This document shows, in pieces, positions 17,845 to 25,809 of a stretch of 64,000 nucleotides of DNA. The translations under genes were made by a program, and so were the position numbers. This DNA is from Bdellovibrionota bacterium (GTDB lineage: Bacteria; Bdellovibrionota_C; UBA2361; OMII01): positions 32,001 through 96,000 of the forward strand of contig JBIJBE010000004.1 of the NCBI GenBank assembly GCA_044345405.1, read 5' to 3'. The notes under the pieces were generated by a model. The model made no database searches. It was not told the origin of the DNA and worked only from the letters and a program-made list of their open reading frames with translations. Each line of letters starts with the position of its first letter. Position 1 is the stretch's first letter.

Positions 17845-20800
17845 AGACGGAGGGATTCGAAATGATACGAGAGGGGCGGGCCGTGATTACAAATGATACC
17901 ACAAGAAAATGTTCGACCAGGCGCCTTGGAGGATTCCGGCTCCGACGCCTCATCATCGTAACAATGATTACTGTTGGCCTACTTGCACAGGGTTCACCAG
18001 CGAACGCACAGACTGGGGGAGATCCCGCCATCATCTTTAAGACCTTCGAGGTTGCGGGAACGTTCGGTCCTCAAAGGGGATACGGTGCGAGCGAGAACGG
18101 AAATCTTACTATCCCCATCGATACGATACTAGCGGGCCCGGCCTATCTCTCTACACAAGCCACTCCCTCAGGATTCGCCGACGAAGGATTTGGCCTCGGA
18201 GTTAAGTGGATCCCTTCACTGGAGAACTCATCTGAAGGCCTAAGGCATAGGAGCGCTAATCACGTAGAAACCTTCTTTCTTCCGAGCGGAATTTCCAAAG
18301 ACTTTACACGAGGGGATTTACGGCAGCTGCGCCCCATCGCGGGTGCAAACACACCGAAAGGGTCATTCGAGCTGATCTATCCGGACGGCTCTTCGGAGGT
18401 GTATAGTCAGGTAACCTCAAAAGGGGTTTTTCTCTCCTCCTCTATCGATCCATTCGGAAACACGACCACATTCTCATACGGCGCAAGCTCCCCCATTCCC
18501 ACCGCTATCACACTTCCGGCGGGACAAGGAGTGCTGGCAATTGAGAACGATGGAAAATTTGTCACGAAGATGACCAGTCCGGATAAGGTCTCTATCTCGT
18601 TTTCCTACACGAACAGCCGCATCACTCAGGTAACCGGCCCTGACGGCAGCGCAGTTCTTTCCCTCCAGTACGACAAGCTCGGCCTTGGGCTCCCCACCTC
18701 ATCTCGGGACGCAGCGGGAAACCAAACCCTCCTAGCTTACAAAGTTAAACCCGGGACACAGGGACCAGCCGCCATAGCGGGATTAAGCACGCCAGACGGA
18801 GAGCAGTACACATTTGAACATTCAAAGACCTCCGCCACCATGACCAACTCCAAAGGAGTCACCACCAAGGTTACCTTGGCGACGAGTCCGGGTTCCGGCG
18901 ATATCTATGCGGAGAAGGTCTTTCAGGGTGGTCGATTAGCCAGCACCGTCACGTTAAACAACGACGGCAATATAATTGAGAGCGTTGATGCAAGGGGCCT
19001 CTCAACGAAATACTCGTACGCCGCAAATGGCGCTATCGGCAGTAACGATACAAGCTCCCCCGTGGTGACGGGAGTATTGCTCTCGGATGGATCCAAAATC
19101 ACCATGTCCCTGGATTCCCGAAATGCGTTCCGACCCAATAAGATTGTAGAGACATCTTCAGGTGGAGTAACTAAGGAGCAGAACTACTCATGGAACGGTC
19201 CCAAACTCCTGTCAACTGAGGTGCGCTCCCAAGGTCAGCAGGTCAACCAGATTACATTCGCCTACAACGGGAATAGCATGTTCCCAAGCTCCTCGGAGAT
19301 GACTTCCACGGAGCAGGTAACCACGAATTCAAACGGGTTGCCCGTCCGTGCCCTTGCGTCAAACGGTGACGTGATGACATTTGAGCGCTCCTCTACCTCC
19401 AATCTTTCGAATGTAAATGGAGTTCCGCATCTCACGACGTTGAGCGTCGCTGCTGATAGCTCCGTTACGACTACAAGCCAGAGCCCAACAGGTCAGGTGA
19501 CGAGGACCAGTAAAGTGTCGGGCGCATCCGACAGGGTTACTCTGTTAAGCCCCTCAGCGAAGGGGATGACCCTCGCCCTCGCTCAATCATCTAACAAAAC
19601 TCTCAACCAGAATGGAGATTCTTCGTCCACGCAGAGTTGCGATTCGGTTGTCGATAACTGCACGACGACAGTCACCTGCAAGCCAAACGGAAAGGGCGGA
19701 TGCGACTACGTGACCGACACGAAATGCTCCGAGAAGACATGCACCCCGAATTGTGATGGAAAGTTGTGTGACGCGGATGATGGATGTGGGAATCCATGTA
19801 ACTGTGATTTTAAGAAACTGAATGTATCCAAGAACGGATCAGGAAGTGGTATCGTTAAATCAAATCCTACCGGAATCGACTGTGGAGGCTCCTGCTCGCA
19901 TTCGTATGCGACGGGGACCAAGGTATCTCTCACGGCCAACCCAGACAGTGAAAGCGTTTTTGTGGGATGGAGTGGAGCGTGCAGCGGCACCGGCTCGTGC
20001 TCAGTAACGATCTCCGCCGACACGAACGTTACCGCAACCTTCAACAAGACTCCCAAGACCTATCCACTGACGGTGAGTAAAAACGGCACAGGCTCCGGAA
20101 CCGTGACTTCTAACCCAACAGGCATAAACTGTGGTGCTACTTGCTCCCAATCGTACAACTCAGGAACGCAGGTTACCTTAACCGCAAGTGCCGCCAACGG
20201 TAGCGAGTTCGCAGGATGGAGCGGACCATGCAGTGGAAAGGGTTCCTGCACGGTGACGATGGCCGCAGCTACTGGTGTCACAGCAACCTTCAATACAAAG
20301 ACGGTCAGCTATGATGTAAAGGTAACTAAAAACGGTACAGGATCAGGCACGGTAACCTCTAATCCAACGGGAATAAACTGTGGGAGCGACTGCTCCGAAT
20401 CTTACACGTCAGGAACCAAGGTGACACTCACCGCCAGCCCGGCAAGTGACAGCATCTTTGCCGGTTGGAGTGGGCCTTGTAGTGGGACAGGAACATGCAC
20501 AGTTACGGTATCCGCGGCGACAAACGTCACCGCCACCTTTAATACCCAGGTAGTTACCTTCCCCTTAACGGTAAACAAGGTGGGGACAGGATCGGGCACC
20601 GTCACCTCGAGTCCAACAGGCATCAATTGCGGAAGTACCTGCTCTCAAGCATACGCTTCAGGTACGCAGGTTACGATGACGGCTAGTCCTAACAGCGGCA
20701 GCGTCTTTGCCGGTTGGAGTGGCGCCTGCAGCGGAACCGTACCTTCCTGCACCGTGACGATGTCTGCGGAAAGAAAGGTTACCGCTCAATTTAATCTTGG

Positions 20801-21101
20801 CTCTCAATGCGTCCCTGATGGCTCCAACGGGAGCGGAACGTGTTGCAACGGAAGGCCACGATGCTCTGATAACTACTGCCGCGCTAGCTGCCAAACGTCG
20901 TGCATACCCGATGGGTCCAATGCACCGGGCACATGCTGTTCCGGAAACCGATGTACGGATTCGTACTGTCGAACAAGTTGCCCACCTTTGGTCTGTCAGG
21001 GCAAGACATGTAACACCAATGCCGATTGCTGCTCCGCGTACCCGCTTTGCAAGGGTGGAAGATGTTCCCTGAATGGGGCCGGAGTTGGCTTAGGCTTTTA
21101 G
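17838..21101 (+). CDS. Exported RHS/YD-repeat protein B with four divergent InlB-B-type repeats and Cys-rich tail
   Basis: Signal peptide (...PANA-Q); YD-like repeats (DPFGNTTTFSY, RDAAGNQT..Y, VDARG.STKYSY); 4x L.V.K.G.GSG.V.S.P.GI.CG..C...Y..GT.V.LTA......F.GWSG.C...C.V.......V.A.F; true start may be 17862 or 17883. Confidence 0.85.
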   Translation: MVETEGFEMIREGRAVITNDTTRKCSTRRLGGFRLRRLIIVTMITVGLLAQGSPANAQTGGDPAIIFKTFEVAGTFGPQRGYGASENGNLTIPIDTILAGPAYLSTQATPSGFADEGFGLGVKWIPSLENSSEGLRHRSANHVETFFLPSGISKDFTRGDLRQLRPIAGANTPKGSFELIYPDGSSEVYSQVTSKGVFLSSSIDPFGNTTTFSYGASSPIPTAITLPAGQGVLAIENDGKFVTKMTSPDKVSISFSYTNSRITQVTGPDGSAVLSLQYDKLGLGLPTSSRDAAGNQTLLAYKVKPGTQGPAAIAGLSTPDGEQYTFEHSKTSATMTNSKGVTTKVTLATSPGSGDIYAEKVFQGGRLASTVTLNNDGNIIESVDARGLSTKYSYAANGAIGSNDTSSPVVTGVLLSDGSKITMSLDSRNAFRPNKIVETSSGGVTKEQNYSWNGPKLLSTEVRSQGQQVNQITFAYNGNSMFPSSSEMTSTEQVTTNSNGLPVRALASNGDVMTFERSSTSNLSNVNGVPHLTTLSVAADSSVTTTSQSPTGQVTRTSKVSGASDRVTLLSPSAKGMTLALAQSSNKTLNQNGDSSSTQSCDSVVDNCTTTVTCKPNGKGGCDYVTDTKCSEKTCTPNCDGKLCDADDGCGNPCNCDFKKLNVSKNGSGSGIVKSNPTGIDCGGSCSHSYATGTKVSLTANPDSESVFVGWSGACSGTGSCSVTISADTNVTATFNKTPKTYPLTVSKNGTGSGTVTSNPTGINCGATCSQSYNSGTQVTLTASAANGSEFAGWSGPCSGKGSCTVTMAAATGVTATFNTKTVSYDVKVTKNGTGSGTVTSNPTGINCGSDCSESYTSGTKVTLTASPASDSIFAGWSGPCSGTGTCTVTVSAATNVTATFNTQVVTFPLTVNKVGTGSGTVTSSPTGINCGSTCSQAYASGTQVTMTASPNSGSVFAGWSGACSGTVPSCTVTMSAERKVTAQFNLGSQCVPDGSNGSGTCCNGRPRCSDNYCRASCQTSCIPDGSNAPGTCCSGNRCTDSYCRTSCPPLVCQGKTCNTNADCCSAYPLCKGGRCSLNGAGVGLGF
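19815..20797 (+). repeat. Four tandem ~79-aa divergent InlB-B (Flg_new_2-like) domain repeats
   Basis: Repeated GTGSGTVTSNPTGINCG / GWSGxC units visible in protein and DNA. Confidence 0.85.
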
Positions 21102-21261
21102 AAAGTAGGAAGCAGATGCGGATCGCGATGCTAATTAGTGTTTTGATGATGAGAGGGAAGGATGGGCTTAACCATCGACGGAAATTGGTTATCCCTCCTG
21201 AAGGGAGTTCTGCCGCCTACGCACAAACTAATTGTATATGTCTTCAAGAGGGCCCTTAAAT

Positions 21262-22404
21262 ATGAATACAATTAGCACTCCCAAGAGGACCTTCCGGCTA
21301 CTTAGTTTCACAGTGACCAAATGGCAGCCGGCCGTCCATTACTCACTTCTTCTGATCATTTATTTCCTGATAGGAACGACACGTTGCTCATTTCACGAAG
21401 CAGCAGCACAACAGTACGTTTGGATGAACCCTTGTGATGGTTTCTATAGTCAGCCGAGTGTCGGTCACAGTGTACATGAACTACACACTAAAATGTGTGA
21501 GTTCGGCTACGACAAGAAATTCCCGATAAATGGCGTTAGATATCCCGATGGCCGAATCGTCTTCTTCGATAATCGCCGCCCCTTAGCAGCTTCGATGGCC
21601 AAAGTGCAGGTCTATGTTAGAGTTCACGACTGCGACGCGCTGGCTCCAAAAACCGTGAGAAACAATCCAATGCTAAGGAAGCCGATAGTTTTATGTGATG
21701 GTACTACTATTGCGCCGCCTGACGAGATGACGTGGGGAGATGCCATTCGTATGCGATCAATTGGAGGAGCTAGATTCAATGGTGGGCACATTCCAGAGGT
21801 ACCTCTTTACCCGCCAGGACGACAGCAGGCCCCTTCAATTCGCCCACCCTGTGACACCGATGGTATGCCGGCAGCGCCTATCGCACCTCGCTTGCCAGCA
21901 CCGACAAGCTCCACTTCGACTCCGAGCCGGGCAAGCCTTCTAACTCGGTGCGGAGGCTCTGGGTTGATGCCCGCGCTACCGCTCCTACCGACGGCAATTG
22001 AATCTACTTGTAATTACCTGGGTGCACCGGAGGAAGTTGGCGCGGGCGCGGGAATTGCAGCGACTGGAGCCGTCACTGCTTACGAAGCTTACGTACTTTC
22101 AGGGGCAGCCTCGGCGGGACTGTCATTCACAGAGTGGGCTGTCTCAACTGGCATGTACGCTTCCTCGACCCTTGCCCCAGCGGCACCCGCGGCTGCCTGT
22201 GTCGCGACAGCGGGCCTCGCATATGGCGCGGGCCGGAGTGTTGATTATGTAACTGGCAACAGAATAAGTGGTTACGGGGCAACCGTTGGTTGTGCGGTCT
22301 ACGACACTGCCGCAGTGATATGGCGCTGGAAATTTGACTACGGCATAACTGGCGCATGTTGGGACGGAATCGGACGAGGGCCGACATCCTTTTGGGGTTG
22401 GTAG
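21262..22404 (+). CDS. Exported protein: N-terminal ParB-like polymorphic-toxin domain, Pro-rich linker, Gly/Ala-rich hydrophobic C-terminus
   Basis: Signal-like segment ending AAA-Q; FYSQPSV...GY...PI..VRYPDG....DNRR..AA.......VH...TWGDAIRMR pattern. Confidence 0.7.
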   Translation: MNTISTPKRTFRLLSFTVTKWQPAVHYSLLLIIYFLIGTTRCSFHEAAAQQYVWMNPCDGFYSQPSVGHSVHELHTKMCEFGYDKKFPINGVRYPDGRIVFFDNRRPLAASMAKVQVYVRVHDCDALAPKTVRNNPMLRKPIVLCDGTTIAPPDEMTWGDAIRMRSIGGARFNGGHIPEVPLYPPGRQQAPSIRPPCDTDGMPAAPIAPRLPAPTSSTSTPSRASLLTRCGGSGLMPALPLLPTAIESTCNYLGAPEEVGAGAGIAATGAVTAYEAYVLSGAASAGLSFTEWAVSTGMYASSTLAPAAPAAACVATAGLAYGAGRSVDYVTGNRISGYGATVGCAVYDTAAVIWRWKFDYGITGACWDGIGRGPTSFWGW

Positions 22405-22621
22405 TGGAATGATAACAGTGGGCGGAGACCGAAACATGACATGGAGGCGACAGTTATGGACACTAAAGTTCCTTACTAATTATGGAGAAAAAGAATGTCA
22501 TTTTTCTCCGTGTAGCTGTCGAAACGTAAGGTCCCCCAGTTTCGTGAAAAACTCTAAATCTTCAGTGCTACCAACCCAGGCGGCAGGTCACTAAGTCCCA
22601 TATACTGTTGGATAATTGTTG

Positions 22622-22648
22622 TAAAAAAATCATTCGATTTGCCGAACC
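22622..22648 (+). promoter_or_regulatory. Sigma28 (FliA)-like promoter upstream of HD-domain gene
   Basis: TAAA-N15-GCCGAACC versus consensus TAAA-N15-GCCGATAA, exact spacing. Confidence 0.45.
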
Positions 22649-22730
22649 TGTTCGATTACAATGCGGGGACTTCAGGGGTTCGCTAGTGGGCTTTTTTCTT
22701 AGATAAATGTTTAGCTTGAAAGTGATTTAA

Positions 22731-23477
22731 ATGTCTAAAATAATAGGCACTCCTCCATCAAACAAACCCGCCACTGACATACCTAATAAGGTTTCTAACT
22801 CGGCAGGGGATGACTCTGAATTCGTTTCAGCCTCCCTTCCTTCTCGATTATCGACCGATCTTTTGCAAGAAACCCTTACTCGTATTCGTTTAGATTCTCG
22901 TTATGCTGAGAACTTACCATATGGGAAGGTGCGCAAAGGGCACCCCGAAGGAAGTGTAGAAAATCACATTGCAGAAGTAGAACAAAACGTTTCTGAGATT
23001 TGTGCCCTCTCGCGTTCGCTTGGAACTGAAATCCCACAAGAACTAATAATTGAATTACTAATAGTCACTCATGTGCATGATACTTTTAAGGGACAGTCTA
23101 AAAAGCAAGCACGAATTGAAGATCCAGAAAGCCATGCCTCACTGGCGCGCGCGTTTCTGTCGGAATTTTCCGCAGATGACAGGCTCCTCTCATGTGTCCA
23201 ATACCATGATGTCCCGTATTCGATGTATAGGAATTTCAAAAAATTTGGAGATGTAAATCACGAAAGACTTTCAAGCTTAATCGGAAACGTGAAAGACCTC
23301 CATCTCTTCACACTTTTCCAGATTGCCGATAACACCACTAAGGGGAAAGCCCCTGAACAAAATGCAACTTCGTCAACTGAATGGTTTATCAATCAAGTCT
23401 CTGGTCAGCTTATCAAATCGGATTACTATCTAGCAATTTACAGAATGCTTGCTGAAAGAAAGGCAACCCACAACTGA
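22731..23477 (+). CDS. HD-domain metal-dependent phosphohydrolase with disordered Ser/Pro-rich N-terminus
   Basis: H(PEGS...H), HVHDTFK, SHA, YHD, IADN; lower GC than flanks. Confidence 0.8.
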   Translation: MSKIIGTPPSNKPATDIPNKVSNSAGDDSEFVSASLPSRLSTDLLQETLTRIRLDSRYAENLPYGKVRKGHPEGSVENHIAEVEQNVSEICALSRSLGTEIPQELIIELLIVTHVHDTFKGQSKKQARIEDPESHASLARAFLSEFSADDRLLSCVQYHDVPYSMYRNFKKFGDVNHERLSSLIGNVKDLHLFTLFQIADNTTKGKAPEQNATSSTEWFINQVSGQLIKSDYYLAIYRMLAERKATHN

Positions 23478-24007
23478 GTCTGTCAGGGCTCCCTCTCTCT
23501 GAACACTAATTACTAACTCAGTAGTAGCGGCTTTTCCTCCATCCGGCAGGGGCGCAATGGGGGTGAGGAGAGGCTCATAACCTATGAATAGCTTGTGAGC
23601 ATGGCTTGATAGTTTGTTCGCGCTGTTGACGGCGGTATTGGATGGGCCATGTGTGACCGTCCATTCCCCGGCGTCTTAGGGCCCCAGGCGTGAGACTTGT
23701 ATTTTTGCGTCTCCAACAATCCAGGAGGAGCAAAAATGACACGACCACGACATACAGATGAAGAACGATGCGCGATAGGTGAAGTTATACTAACAACCAG
23801 CACGAACGCGGGTCGTATCGGGCACGTCTCGACCAAACCTCGAGACCTCCAATCGTGATATGCCCCCAACCACCCCCTGCCTACCCAGAGAGGCCCCTTT
23901 TTGTTGCGTAAGCGCCTCAATATACAAGAGACTCCCCCTCGCCCCCCCTCCCTTTGCTCCCCTTCTAAAAGCTACTAGAATGGGGCGACCTAACTGGGGA
24001 ACGAGGC

Positions 24008-24418
24008 ATGCATTTTCGATACGCCACCACTATCACCCTCTTTGATACCGATGCCTCGGGGCTGCTGTTTTATGGCTCACTCTTTCGGCTCACACAAAGT
24101 TGCTTTGAGTCGTTTCTGAGGGAGAAGGACCTTCCGATCGCGCGGTGGATAACGGGGGAGCTCCCTGCCCTTCCTGTGCGAAAGGTCGAAGCTGAGTACC
24201 GGGCCCCCCTTCAAGCGGGCGCTCGGATTGAAGTCTCGATTACGAACATCTCCATCGGCACGACCTCTCTGACCGTTACCTATTCGGTGGTCGACACCGA
24301 TACTCAGACGGAGTGCGCGACCGCTACGATCACCCATGTGGCGCTCGACCGTGCGGAGAAAAAATCTATTCCCCTCCCCCCTGAGGTAGCGAAGATCCTC
24401 TTGGAGCGTGCCTCATGA
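24008..24418 (+). CDS. menI: Hotdog-fold acyl-CoA thioesterase, probable DHNA-CoA thioesterase
   Basis: DTDASG.LFY 4HBT-type motif, IGTTS; first gene of men operon. Confidence 0.75.
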   Translation: MHFRYATTITLFDTDASGLLFYGSLFRLTQSCFESFLREKDLPIARWITGELPALPVRKVEAEYRAPLQAGARIEVSITNISIGTTSLTVTYSVVDTDTQTECATATITHVALDRAEKKSIPLPPEVAKILLERAS

Positions 24419-25809
24419 CACACGCGTCCCCCCTCTCTCTCACGCAACACATCCAGGCGCTCGCGCAATCGGCGCGCCTTGCGCACTCCCAAAGTGGAGC
24501 AGATTCATCAACACCAACGGTACGCATCTCCCGGCGCATCGAGGATACCTCACCACTCGACATCCTCTCGATCATCCCGAGCTCCCCATCACTCTACTGG
24601 AGATCTTCAGACGGGTCGTTTGAAGTGGCAGGGTTCGGCGCGGCCGACCGTAGGAGATGCGACGATTCCAACGAACTCTCGGACCTCATCGCCGGTATTC
24701 AACATCGCCTCGCCGCGTCACCATCAACGGTAAAATACTTCGGCGGTATACGATTTAACATCGCCGCCCCCGGATCCCCTGAATGGGGCGGATATGGCGT
24801 GGCGACCTTCGTGCTTCCACAACTTGAGGTACTTCGCCACGATGGCTCCTCCTACGTCGCGATCAACATCGTGAACGATCGCGCCATAGAGGAGCAACTT
24901 ACCGTCGTGCACGAGATCGTTGAGCGACTCTCCTCTCCACGCAAAGCGAGCCCGCCACAAGCGAGCGATCTTCGCAAAGATACCCCCGATCAGAACACAT
25001 GGGATGAAAACGTCCGTGAGGTGCTCGCTATCCTTGAGAGCAGCCAACGAGCGCAAAAAGTCGTCCTTTCACGCCGCACTGACTTCCAAGTAACACGTCC
25101 AGGTTCTCGTTCCGAGGTATTGAATGAGATCCTCAAATCATCGCCACTCTCGTACGGTTTCCTATTCTCTCCCGATTCATCCACTACGTTCCTGGGAGCG
25201 ACACCTGAGCGCCTCTACAAACGGTCGGGGCGTTCAATTGTCAGCGCCGCACTTGCCGGAACAACGACCCGTGGCGTCAACCAAGAGCAGGACAAGGTGC
25301 TCGCCAACGACCTCCTCAATAGCCGAAAGAATCGGCTTGAGCACCAGATCGTAGTAGATACGATAGCATCGGAGCTACAGCGAGTATGTGCCTCACCGAT
25401 CTCAACCGAAGAGACCACAACAGTGAGAACGGGATCCGTACAACACCTGATCGCGGCGCTCCGAGGAACGCTTCGTGATGACGCCACAGATCGCGACATC
25501 CTTCTGGGCCTCCACCCGACTCCGGCTGTGGCGGGAACACCAACTGAACTCGCGATGCAATTCATCAAAGACCACGAGGGATACGATCGTGGTTGGTACA
25601 CCGGTCCGATCGGATTCCTCGGACGGGACGAGAGTGAGTTCGCGGTCGCGCTCCGCTGCGCGCTCCTCGCTGACGATACGTGGAGACTCTACGTTGGAGC
25701 GGGGATCGTATCGGGGTCCGATGAGCGCTCTGAGTGGAACGAACTTGAAGCAAAGGCGGCTCCCTACCTGAAACTGATCCAGAGCGAGCGACACCATGTC
25801 CGATCCTAA
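24415..25809 (+). CDS. menF: Isochorismate synthase
   Basis: KVVLSR, FLGATPERL, ALAGT, KNRLEH, LHPTPAVAG, RGWYTG, GAGIV.GS, EW.E. Confidence 0.93.
   Translation: MTHASPLSLTQHIQALAQSARLAHSQSGADSSTPTVRISRRIEDTSPLDILSIIPSSPSLYWRSSDGSFEVAGFGAADRRRCDDSNELSDLIAGIQHRLAASPSTVKYFGGIRFNIAAPGSPEWGGYGVATFVLPQLEVLRHDGSSYVAINIVNDRAIEEQLTVVHEIVERLSSPRKASPPQASDLRKDTPDQNTWDENVREVLAILESSQRAQKVVLSRRTDFQVTRPGSRSEVLNEILKSSPLSYGFLFSPDSSTTFLGATPERLYKRSGRSIVSAALAGTTTRGVNQEQDKVLANDLLNSRKNRLEHQIVVDTIASELQRVCASPISTEETTTVRTGSVQHLIAALRGTLRDDATDRDILLGLHPTPAVAGTPTELAMQFIKDHEGYDRGWYTGPIGFLGRDESEFAVALRCALLADDTWRLYVGAGIVSGSDERSEWNELEAKAAPYLKLIQSERHHVRS

Noticed and set aside
19815-20797. Regularly spaced DNA repeats as a possible CRISPR or DGR signal
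   Set aside because: They are ~240-nt coding domain repeats with synonymous divergence; no spacers, cas genes or reverse transcriptase
22409-22594. 61-aa ORF after the ParB-toxin gene as immunity candidate
   Set aside because: No convincing RBS or protein-like features; cannot be supported
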